From positions 1 to 14,530 of the forward strand of contig CAVRJG010000024.1 in the NCBI GenBank assembly GCA_963721455.1: a DNA stretch of 14,530 bases, given 5' to 3'. The position numbers were made by a program, and so were the translations under genes. Every line of letters starts with the position of its first letter. Positions within the stretch are counted from its first letter, which is position 1. The notes beneath the pieces are model-generated. The model was given only the letters and a program-made list of their open reading frames with translations, did no database searches and was not told the DNA's origin. Below, in pieces: positions 1 through 7,673 of the stretch. This DNA is from an uncultured Methanosarcinaceae archaeon (GTDB lineage Archaea > Halobacteriota > Methanosarcinia > Methanosarcinales > Methanosarcinaceae).

Positions 1-1357
1 TCGTAAGTGACTGGATAGGAGCCGGAATTCTTCCCCCCCGTTTCACAAAAACTTCCGAACTGAAATTGCTTACCGGCATAATAGGGGCACTTCCAAGCAG
101 CCCGCCGAATTCCACCGAGTCCCCAACTCTTTTACCAGGCGCGGGGATGATCCTGACTGCCGTGGTCTTTTTATTGATTACCCCTATCGCCATCTCGTCA
201 GCTATGATTGCAGAAAGGGTGGAGGCAGGCGTATCTCCAGGCACTGCGATCATATCCAGGCCGACTGAGCAGACGCTGGTCATGGCTTCAAGTTTTTCCA
301 GGCTGAGGGCTCCGTCTTTAACGGCTTTGATCATGCCTGCGTCCTCACTGACAGGGATAAAAGCCCCGCTCAGGCCGCCTACTGAGGATGAAGCCATTGC
401 CCCGCCTTTTTTCACTGCATCGTTCAGGAGGGCAAGGGCTGCAGTCGTGCCGTGGGTTCCGCAGCGCTCAAGCCCCATTGCCTCCAGAATTGCAGCAACA
501 CTATCCCCGATTTCCGGAGTCGGAGCCAGAGAAAGGTCAAGGATCCCGAATTCGACTCCAAGCCTCCGTGAAACTTCTCTTCCTACCATTTCTCCCATAC
601 GGGTTATTTTGAAAGCTGTCTTTTTGATAGTCTCCGAAATTTCCGTGAGATTGGGGTTTTCAAGTTCGCGGATAGCAGCATTCACAACGCCCGGCCCGCT
701 AACGCCCACGTTGATAACGCACTCGGGTTCACCTATTCCGTGAAAGGCTCCTGCCATAAAGGGATTGTCTTCCGGGGCATTTGCAAAGACCACAAGTTTG
801 GCACAGCCTATTCCATCCCTATCAGCAGTCAATGCTGCAGTCCTTTTGATGATCCCGCCCATCAGGCCAACGGCATCCATGTTAATTCCGGCTCTTGTGG
901 TAGCAACATTTACCGACGAGCAGACCTTTTCCGTGCATGCGAGGGCTTCAGGGATCGAATTTATAAGCTTCAGGTCTCCTGAAGTTGCGCCTTTATGGAC
1001 AAGAGCAGTGAAGCCTCCGATAAAATCCACGTCGGATTCTTTTGCAGCCTCATCCATAGTTTTTGCAACCGAAACAAAATCAGAAGACCTGCAACTTTCG
1101 GCTGCTATGGCTATCGGAGTTACTGAAATCCGTTTATTGATTATGGGGATTCCGTAGAGGCTCTGGATTTCATTCGTTGTGCAGACAAGCTCTTTTGCAC
1201 GGGCGGTTATTTTTTCGTAAATATTTTCATTGAAAACTTCAATATCAGGATGGCAGCAGTCCCTGAGGCTGACCCCCATTGTAACGGTCCTTATGTCCAG
1301 GTGTTCCATCCTGACCATCTGGATTGTTTCCAGGATTTCATTCGGGTTTATAAGCAT
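1..1357 (-). CDS. UPF0210 / DUF711 (PFL-like fold) protein, 3' end truncated by the window edge
   Basis: Not in the ORF track because the stop is outside the window. Manual translation from ATG at 1357 gives [34 protein letters not shown]; the same frame at the left edge reads [16 protein letters not shown], the typical C-terminus of this family. 452 codons are in the window, and the usual ACT-domain partner is directly upstream. Confidence 0.92.
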   Translation of the reverse strand, partial: MLINPNEILETIQMVRMEHLDIRTVTMGVSLRDCCHPDIEVFNENIYEKITARAKELVCTTNEIQSLYGIPIINKRISVTPIAIAAESCRSSDFVSVAKTMDEAAKESDVDFIGGFTALVHKGATSGDLKLINSIPEALACTEKVCSSVNVATTRAGINMDAVGLMGGIIKRTAALTADRDGIGCAKLVVFANAPEDNPFMAGAFHGIGEPECVINVGVSGPGVVNAAIRELENPNLTEISETIKKTAFKITRMGEMVGREVSRRLGVEFGILDLSLAPTPEIGDSVAAILEAMGLERCGTHGTTAALALLNDAVKKGGAMASSSVGGLSGAFIPVSEDAGMIKAVKDGALSLEKLEAMTSVCSVGLDMIAVPGDTPASTLSAIIADEMAIGVINKKTTAVRIIPAPGKRVGDSVEFGGLLGSAPIMPVSNFSSEVFVKRGGRIPAPIQSLT

Positions 1358-1380
1358 GAAGATTCCTCTTGTTCTTTCGA

Positions 1381-1659
1381 TCAGACCCTGTGCATGAAGC
1401 GAAAGACGTCTTCGTGCTGTACCTTGACCTCGACTCCAAGGTTCTTTCCTTCGGCATCCATGGCTCTCTGGAAAGCCGCAAGGTCAAAATTCTCCTGTGG
1501 AGCTTCTGCAAGCATGATCATGGTGAAGATTCCCTGCATAATAGTCTGACTGATATCGACAATATTTACGTTGAAATTCGCCATCACAGTAGTGATCCTG
1601 GCAACAATCCCTACCCGGTCGCTGCCTATAACCGTAATAATGAAACGACTTGATGCCAT
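1381..1659 (-). CDS. ACT-domain protein (UPF0237 family)
   Basis: 92 aa with [50 protein letters not shown] at 1667-1671. 23-nt gap to the UPF0210 gene. Confidence 0.92.
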   Translation of the reverse strand: MASSRFIITVIGSDRVGIVARITTVMANFNVNIVDISQTIMQGIFTMIMLAEAPQENFDLAAFQRAMDAEGKNLGVEVKVQHEDVFRFMHRV

Positions 1660-1755
1660 TATATGTCTCCTGCCGCTCGGACCTTTTTCTGCAGGCCGAT
1701 GCTGATTAAAGATTGAACTCAGAGATTTTGTTCAGATTGAAGACCTGATAGCTAA

Positions 1756-1835
1756 TAAAGTAAACCATTCTTAAAGTAAACTGTTCTTAAAGTAAATTTA
1801 AAGTAAACTGTTCTGAAAGTAAACTGTTCTTAAAG
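1756..1835. repeat. 16-bp tandem repeat (TAAAGTAAACTGTTCT), four near-full copies, one internal 11-bp truncated copy and a terminal partial
   Basis: Units read at 1756, 1772, 1788 (truncated), 1799, 1815 and 1831 (partial). No unique spacers. Confidence 0.9.
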
Positions 1836-1939
1836 AAAGTTCAATATAATATGAATCTAAAAAAGCTAAACCAAAAAAGCGCAAATTTTTAAAAACGCAG
1901 CTTGAGACCTCAAATAAACAAATTTAAGTCCTATAAATA

Positions 1940-2449
1940 TCAGGCATCTTCTTTAAAACAGAGCCCAATAATTTTTTCAACGAGACCCTGAATATTCTCC
2001 TTTCCTTTAAGTTTTATTGAAAAGTCAGCATATTTCTGGTACAGGACTACCCTCTCTTCAAAAAGTTCTTTCAGGCTTCGATCCCTGAGTCCTACTATGC
2101 CTCTTTTTCTTGCATTGGGAAGCCTTTTCACAATGCTCCTGAAAGGAACGTCCAGAAAGATTATTCTGGATATACTTTTTAAGTGTCCCATGGCCTTTTC
2201 GGAATAAATCACACTTCCGCCAGGGGAAATAATGCACCCGTCCATCTGCCCGAGCCTGAGAATGGCTTCTTCTTCAAACCTGATAAGAGCGGAGTCTCCA
2301 TGTTTATCAATCAGGGCCTGAAGAGACATTCCGGTTTTTCCCGTGATCAAGCTATCAACATCGATAAAAGCATAGCCAAGTCTCTTTGCAAGTACTCTCC
2401 CTATAGTACTTTTCCCCGCTCCTGCCATGCCAATCAATGTTATATTCAT
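1940..2449 (-). CDS. Bacterial-type shikimate-kinase-family (NMP-kinase fold) P-loop kinase; substrate uncertain
   Basis: Walker A GMAGAGKS, IDVD, SPGGSVIY, IIFLD, ER..LY..YAD. Start placed at ATG 2449 (MNITLIG) with a GAGGGTG RBS-like sequence upstream; the ORF track start at 2467 is an alternative. Confidence 0.85.
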   Translation of the reverse strand: MNITLIGMAGAGKSTIGRVLAKRLGYAFIDVDSLITGKTGMSLQALIDKHGDSALIRFEEEAILRLGQMDGCIISPGGSVIYSEKAMGHLKSISRIIFLDVPFRSIVKRLPNARKRGIVGLRDRSLKELFEERVVLYQKYADFSIKLKGKENIQGLVEKIIGLCFKEDA

Positions 2450-2492
2450 TGCCACACCCTCATTCATTGCCGCATCCTCCCCAGCTCTGAAG

Positions 2493-2552
2493 ATCAGGGA
2501 CCCGTTGCCTGAAGTTTCCCGGCATGAGGGTCCGTGGACGAGAAATCATCCG
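2493..2552 (-). ncRNA. Candidate structured leader or box C/D-like RNA upstream of the kinase
   Basis: On the minus strand: GGAUGA near the 5' end, CUGA near the 3' end, nested stems GGACCC/GGGUCC and UGCC/GGCA. TATA box TTTATATA at 2580-2573 lies about 21 nt upstream. Confidence 0.4.
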
Positions 2553-2572
2553 GATAAAATATATTCCCCAGC

Positions 2573-2580
2573 TATATAAA
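2573..2580 (-). promoter_or_regulatory. Putative TATA box for the kinase leader
   Basis: TTTATATA on the minus strand. BRE is weak and the orientation is ambiguous. Confidence 0.45.
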
Positions 2581-2838
2581 ACGTACAACGTTACCATTCC
2601 TTTGGAAAGAGCTAATAAATATAATCTAGGGCTTAAAATTGCCGTCAGGGACGAAAGTTTCCAGCCAGCGGTTACTATTATTATATAAAGTGAGGAGGAA
2701 TTTCGTAAAATCCGAAAACCTGCCAGATGGACAAAGAACAAAAATGTATAATTACTCCAAAAAATTGGGACTTATGATAAAGCTGGATTACAAATTTAAA
2801 AAAGATTGAAGGGTTTATAAAAGGGCTGAATTTAAAGC

Positions 2839-3255
2839 TTATTTCCCTGGATCCTGATCTTTTATATCTATGTGCCTGGAATTAGAGCTGAGAATTAACC
2901 TTTCAACCTGTTCTGAGGAGTGAAGGAAAGCAAAAATGTACTCAGACAGGACAAATCTGGTACCTGATGTGTAACGCTTCAAAATGCCCCAGGCAGTCAG
3001 CTTGTCAACCTGTTCGAGGGAAACAATAGCAAGGTACATCAGCAGCCGGATGGAGAATACAAGATGAAGCACGAACATCTTAACCCAGGGGCTGTCCGAA
3101 CTGATTGCCATCCCGCAAATCCAGCTGCACAGTTTAAGAGAATGGGAGAGAAGCCTGCTTTTGTAAAGATTAAGAAATAGGAGTACGAATAGAAGAAAAA
3201 AGGCACATCCGGCCATAAAATATATATCCTTCACTATTGAATCCATAAGGGTCAC
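2839..3255 (-). CDS. Hypothetical membrane protein (about 135-138 aa)
   Basis: N-terminal hydrophobic segment IYFMAGCAFFLLFVLLFLNLY and a second one MFVLHLVFSIRLLMYLAIV. Start may be ATG 3246. No family recognised. Confidence 0.65.
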   Translation of the reverse strand: MTLMDSIVKDIYFMAGCAFFLLFVLLFLNLYKSRLLSHSLKLCSWICGMAISSDSPWVKMFVLHLVFSIRLLMYLAIVSLEQVDKLTAWGILKRYTSGTRFVLSEYIFAFLHSSEQVERLILSSNSRHIDIKDQDPGK

Positions 3256-3381
3256 AGACTCTTACTTTCTATTACTATTTTAATTTATGCACTTATATTC
3301 GTTTTTTGGAATGTCTGATCATGTTAAAAAATCGGGACTGAAGTTTACGCAGTTAAGAACTAAAGTTTACTCATTAACGAC

Positions 3382-3421
3382 ATATGAAAAAGCATAAAAA
3401 GATATGAAAAAGCATAAAAAG
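3382..3421. repeat. 20-bp perfect tandem duplication ATATGAAAAAGCATAAAAAG x2
   Basis: Read directly at 3382-3401 and 3402-3421. Confidence 0.9.
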
Positions 3422-3460
3422 AATCGGATGGGATGCTCGGAAATGTGAAAGATCTGACCT

Positions 3461-3626
3461 AAAAAAATATTTCTGCCCCTGCACTTCTGACCGGGCCTTA
3501 CCTCAATTTTCCGGAAACCGTTATGGTTCACACCTGTTGTCTCCTTCTGGCGGAACGAAAACGGAAAAATCCGGATGCTGCTTTAGCAGGAGGAATTGGT
3601 CTGTCTGTAGACGTTTTATTCTATGT
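3461..3626 (-). ncRNA. Candidate intergenic sRNA or leader RNA (about 165 nt, multi-hairpin)
   Basis: TATA TTTATAAG at 3656-3649; hairpin CUGC-UAAA-GCAG; long stem 3574-3511; GCCC/GGGC hairpin followed by a U7 tract (3467-3461). GC-richer than the flanks. The 5' end is estimated from TATA spacing. Confidence 0.55.
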
Positions 3627-3823
3627 GAAACTCATATTTAACACTTTTCTTATAAATCGTAATAATAAATCAGATAACAGTCAATCGTATTATTAGAAGT
3701 GATCGGCTATTAAAAATACAAACTAAAAAGATAAGGGAGTGAAAAATTAACAAATTCGCCGCAAAAAAGCATACTGAAGAATTAAAGGACTCGCATTATA
3801 ACGAAATCTAAAAGGGATTTGGC

Positions 3824-4357
3824 TTATTCCCTGATATTCTCGATAACCTGTTTGCCCCTTTCTGCGGGGATAATCGTCAGCTCAGCACCGGAAAACTCTT
3901 TTTCAAGTGGCTCGCCATCTGCAATCCTGTCCATGGTAATTGCAACCGCCGCAACTTCGGAATGTGGCTGACTTCCGACTGCAACATTCCAGTCAGCGAG
4001 CTGGTAAATCTCAGGAGGGACTTTCTCTGCGCCTACAACGATCATAAGCCGGTTGCATTTTTTAAGCTCATCAGTAACACCGGGCAGATTGACCCCATAC
4101 ATAGAAAGGTGGCAGACTTTTCCGCCTTCAGCTTTCCATTCCCTGATTTCCTGCTTAAAATTGACATTATTTTTAATATAGAAGTCTCCGCCCCAGCGCC
4201 TGACAACATCCTCAAGACTCTGCACTATTCCCGGGTCATCCGAAGCAAGGAGCATACCCTCTGCACCTAGAAGCCTGGCAGTTAAGCCCACGTGGGTGGT
4301 AATTCTTTTATCCCTTTCGGGGCGGTGCCCCAGGCGCAACAAAACAATCCTCTTCAT
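3824..4357 (-). CDS. trm56: tRNA (cytidine(56)-2'-O)-methyltransferase, archaeal SPOUT family
   Basis: Motifs LRLGHRPERDKRITTHVGLTAR, HLSMYG, VVGAEKVP, ADWNVAVGSQPHSEVAA. Confidence 0.95.
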   Translation of the reverse strand: MKRIVLLRLGHRPERDKRITTHVGLTARLLGAEGMLLASDDPGIVQSLEDVVRRWGGDFYIKNNVNFKQEIREWKAEGGKVCHLSMYGVNLPGVTDELKKCNRLMIVVGAEKVPPEIYQLADWNVAVGSQPHSEVAAVAITMDRIADGEPLEKEFSGAELTIIPAERGKQVIENIRE

Positions 4358-4381
4358 GCTCTTGCTAAAACCCGGACAAGG

Positions 4382-4389
4382 TATTAAAG
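4382..4389 (-). promoter_or_regulatory. Putative TATA box of trm56 (probably leaderless transcript)
   Basis: CTTTAATA ending about 24 nt upstream of ATG 4357, GAAA BRE-like sequence further upstream, no SD sequence. Confidence 0.5.
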
Positions 4390-4419
4390 GATTTCACTAA
4401 AAAAGAAAATGGGAGAAAA

Positions 4420-5940
4420 TTACTGGAACCCATAAGTTCCGGGGATTCTCCTCAGAAGCATGCCTTCAACAATTATCGGGTTTGTCCTCTGGGCTGTTGT
4501 CAATGCGATCTCGAGCTTGAACTCTTTTTCGGTATAGATTGTGAGAATCGAGTCTCCCTTTTTAACTGATTCCCCCATCTTTTTATGGATGGCAACCCCG
4601 GCTCCCTTGTCGTTAGGAGCCCCTGCAAGCCTGGCAATTTCAATAATCCACTTATTGTCAAACTCGATAACATATCCGTCTGTAGAAGCAAAAATATCGG
4701 CAGTATATTGCCCTACCTGAATATCATTCGATGTAATATTCGGATCTCCGCCCTGAGCTTCAATAATCTGTTTCATCTTTTCGAGGGCTTTCCCGCTCCT
4801 TAGTGTTTCCAGTGCAACTTCCTTTCCACGGTCTCTTGGCGCTGCACCCCCCATTTCAAGCAGGATACCCGCAAGAGCAGCACTCTTTTCAATAAGGCTG
4901 TTTGGGCCTTCCATGCTTTCCAGCACTTTCAGAGCTTCCCTGACCTCCAGCGAGGGCCCCACTTTTCTTCCAATGGGAGACGAACCGTATGTTATGGCAC
5001 ACTCGACATTCATTCCGAGCCTGTGCCCCAGGTTAATCAGGTCTCTTGCCAGTTTCTGCCCTTCCTGGACAGTTGGAACTTTTGTACTTGGCCCGACAGG
5101 GATATCCATTACCACATTGTCGGCCCCTATAGCCCCCTTTTTTGCCATAATTGAGGCAAGCATCTGGTAGTAAGGATCAATGGAAAGAGGGTACTCGATT
5201 CTTATAAGTTTGTCATCGGCAGGTGCAATATTGGTAGCTCCGCCCCACACAAGAGCACCTCCTACTTTCTCGGTTATCTCCTTGACCTCCTGGGCGCTGA
5301 ACTCTACGGGACAAAGCACTTCCATGAGGTCTGCAGTCCCACCTGCACCTGTTATTGCCCTGGAACTTGTCTTTGGGATAAGAAGCCCGTTTGCGGCAAT
5401 AATGGGGACAACCAGGAGAGAGATCTTGTTTCCGGGCACTCCTCCTATCGAGTGCTTGTCCATTATAGGATGAGTATCAAACTCGATCCTATCCCCACTG
5501 TCGATCATAGCCCTTGTCAGCCATTCGACCTCGTCATCGGTCATTCCGTGAATATAAGAAGATGTTATATAAGCTGAGAGTTCGATGTCACTGAGGTTTT
5601 CTTCCACTATATCGTTTACGAGCGTTTTGAGATCATCCTGCACAACCGGCATTTTATCCATAATTTTCTTGATCACGGTTGCAGATTTTGAGCGGAATGC
5701 CGGGACAACTTCGACCGGCTTGTCCCAGTCCTGAAAGTGCTTGTAAACTTCGGAAAAGACTCCCAGTGTACCCGGAGGAACCATATCATCCGTCGTGTCC
5801 ACAATAGCGGAAAGGCTTTCGTGTCCGCGGATGCGGACCCTATCCCCCGGATTAACCCCCAGTTCCTTCGCATCGGCAATATTAAACAACACTTTGTGCT
5901 GCCCTATTTTTATGTTAAAATGTTCCAGCTTCAACTGCAT
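4420..5940 (-). CDS. AMP phosphorylase (thymidine/pyrimidine-nucleoside phosphorylase family, archaeal AMP pathway)
   Basis: 506 aa with N-terminal extension (ADAKELGVNPGDRV), DKHSIGGVPGNK, KTSSRAITGAGGTAD, ASIMAKK, GAPNDKGAG. AAGGAG RBS. Confidence 0.95.
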   Translation of the reverse strand: MQLKLEHFNIKIGQHKVLFNIADAKELGVNPGDRVRIRGHESLSAIVDTTDDMVPPGTLGVFSEVYKHFQDWDKPVEVVPAFRSKSATVIKKIMDKMPVVQDDLKTLVNDIVEENLSDIELSAYITSSYIHGMTDDEVEWLTRAMIDSGDRIEFDTHPIMDKHSIGGVPGNKISLLVVPIIAANGLLIPKTSSRAITGAGGTADLMEVLCPVEFSAQEVKEITEKVGGALVWGGATNIAPADDKLIRIEYPLSIDPYYQMLASIMAKKGAIGADNVVMDIPVGPSTKVPTVQEGQKLARDLINLGHRLGMNVECAITYGSSPIGRKVGPSLEVREALKVLESMEGPNSLIEKSAALAGILLEMGGAAPRDRGKEVALETLRSGKALEKMKQIIEAQGGDPNITSNDIQVGQYTADIFASTDGYVIEFDNKWIIEIARLAGAPNDKGAGVAIHKKMGESVKKGDSILTIYTEKEFKLEIALTTAQRTNPIIVEGMLLRRIPGTYGFQ

Positions 5941-6400
5941 GAGTAAACTCCTTCCGTTTAGTTCTCATATGATTGTAAGTTTGTCATTATAATTTATTTT
6001 CCCTGAATCCAGACTCTCTGTTTGTTTTCCGGGTGCGGAAACCTACAGCACAGCCTGAAGAAAAGCTTGGAAGATTAAGAGCAAATGTTAAACTGAGGTA
6101 ACATATTAACCTTCATATTATTTTAAGTAATTCCGTAAAAACTACCTTTAGAAAGGAAAATAAAGACACTAAGAAAAAAGATGTTTTTATCAAGAGAAAA
6201 ATCGCAATTATGCCCATAACCGGCTCTACCGTTGTCTGTACAATAGCTACCATAAAATTTCAAAAGCTTGAGAAGAGAGTAACCTCAAGGCCTTAAATCG
6301 AGCCTTAAATGAGGAAAGGATGGAAATTAAACGGAATAAAGAACAGAAGTTAGACGGGAATAATACTTTTATTTCTCTTAATATGTTAGTTGTCCTCATT

Positions 6401-6519
6401 TCAATCATTTTTCAATCATTATTCAGTCATTATTCAGTCATTATTCAGTCATTATTCAGTCATTATTCAGTCACACTTAGTCAGTCATTATTCAGTCACA
6501 CTTACTCACACTTATTCAA
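6401..6519. repeat. 11-bp tandem repeat (TCATTATTCAG) array with degenerate TCACACTTA-type units
   Basis: Five consecutive perfect units at 6416-6470 with degenerate copies on both sides. Abuts the stop codon at 6522. Confidence 0.9.
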
Positions 6520-6521
6520 TA

Positions 6522-6749
6522 TCATTTACTATAACTACGCCTGGATATAGAAATAAGGCCTTTGGCAATCCCCATTGCAATAATTCCTATCAACACTGCA
6601 GTTAAGAGAACCATAAACAGGTTTTTCTCGTCAGCATATTTAAACATAAAGTAGAATAAAATAACATTTAGTACTGCTCCAATGCCCACCAAGATCATTG
6701 CCGGGCCTCCTAAAGCTTTTTCAATATCCCTGCTCATCGTCCAATCCAT
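6522..6749 (-). CDS. Small two-TM membrane protein (71-75 aa)
   Basis: Two hydrophobic helices (AMILVGIGAVLNVILFYFMF; LFMVLLTAVLIGIIAMGIA), charged loop and basic tail. Start may be ATG 6737 (MSRDIEK). Confidence 0.75.
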   Translation of the reverse strand: MDWTMSRDIEKALGGPAMILVGIGAVLNVILFYFMFKYADEKNLFMVLLTAVLIGIIAMGIAKGLISISRRSYSK

Positions 6750-7053
6750 CCTGAGATAGTTACCAGCAAATTAAGATTTAATATTTACAAGAAACCCAAA
6801 ATTTAATAAATTATTAAATATTAAATTAAAAGCTAAGCGTAGCGGTTCCTGAGATTTATCAAAGAATTGGGGTAATTCCATATAAACTTTCGGTAATTAC
6901 TATCCCGCAAGTACCGGATAAACCGGTAATCTCTGGTTTTGAAAATCGGTTATCTTAAAAAACAGGAAGAAATAATACGGCATTATTTTTCAGCAGAGCT
7001 ACATCTTTTTCAAAAGACGTCCTGCGAAATCTGACCTTTCAAAAAATGAATGT

Positions 7054-7275
7054 TCAGAGAAATTCGAGGCACAGAGATACGTAATACTCTCTTGCAATCC
7101 TTTTGAGCCAATCAGGCACCAGACAATATCTGTCAACTACAATCTCATTAAGGTAGTATAGAGACTCCTCGGTTCTACAGTCGCAGAGCCGTTTTATGGC
7201 AGTTCTCCTTCCCCATGCAGATCTCTCGTTGTCCAGGGCTTCAAGGTAAAGCTGGTATTCTATACTGTTGTCCAT
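7054..7275 (-). CDS. Small hypothetical protein (73 aa), possibly a HEAT-like helical hairpin
   Basis: Protein-like composition; the pattern LEALD....WGRRTAIKRL......ESLYYL resembles a HEAT repeat. TATA TTTATATT at 7306-7299. Confidence 0.7.
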   Translation of the reverse strand: MDNSIEYQLYLEALDNERSAWGRRTAIKRLCDCRTEESLYYLNEIVVDRYCLVPDWLKRIAREYYVSLCLEFL

Positions 7276-7673
7276 TACATTATAAATATCTACTAATCAA
7301 TATAAATATTTGTATTGGGCGCCATAAATAAAAATATGTTATAAATAGATTCTGCCGGATACGGTTTAATGCAGGTTTTTTAAGAAATTAAAGAGAATAA
7401 ATAAATTACAAAATTATCCGAGATAAAAGTAAATTATGGCGAGAATCACAATATAAAAAGATTATTCCGATTATATATAGAATATATAAAAAGATTATTC
7501 GGATCTTATAGAATAGAAAAAATAAGAAAATAGAATTCTCATACAGTGATCAGTTGATGAGAATTCCTGCACAAGGTTTTTTGTTCGCTCTTATTCGCTA
7601 TGCTGAAGTATGTAAACATTAGTCAAAAACGATATATAATTAACGGGAATGAAATTTTAAGCCTGGAGAGATA

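Noticed and set aside
66-1653. Plus-strand ORFs 66-743, 388-612, 740-982, 765-1157, 1250-1549 and 1369-1653
   Set aside because: Antisense shadows of the UPF0210 and ACT genes, with no recognisable motifs.
1756-1835. Possible CRISPR array (also considered for 6401-6519 and 13691-13731)
   Set aside because: Units are 11-19 bp and contiguous, with no unique spacers and no cas genes.
2487-2560. Hammerhead ribozyme-like core CTGAAGA...GAAA on the plus strand
   Set aside because: Stem I cannot be formed and stem II closure is poor.
2460-2741. 93-aa minus-strand ORF upstream of the kinase
   Set aside because: Runs through TATA boxes and the structured leader, has a TTG start without RBS and no motif.
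3367-3531. 54-aa GTG-start ORF behind the looped AGGAG (minus strand)
   Set aside because: Start is buried in the stem and the frame runs through the U-tract and a 20-bp tandem repeat. Not fully excluded without Ribo-seq.
3528-3635. 35-codon minus-strand ORF with an in-frame TAG (possible pyrrolysine)
   Set aside because: ATG is only about 13 nt from the TATA box, so probably upstream of the TSS; no homology support.
3962-5992. Short ORFs overlapping trm56 and AMP phosphorylase
   Set aside because: Alternative-frame or antisense shadows of well-supported genes.
6027-6040. TTCC-N6-GGAA as a possible NrpR operator
   Set aside because: Half-sites are in the reverse order of the GGAA-N6-TTCC consensus; more likely a small hairpin.
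6320-6605. Plus-strand ORFs 6320-6550 and 6390-6605
   Set aside because: Open mainly because the 11-bp repeat lacks stops on this strand; they overlap the better-supported minus-strand gene.
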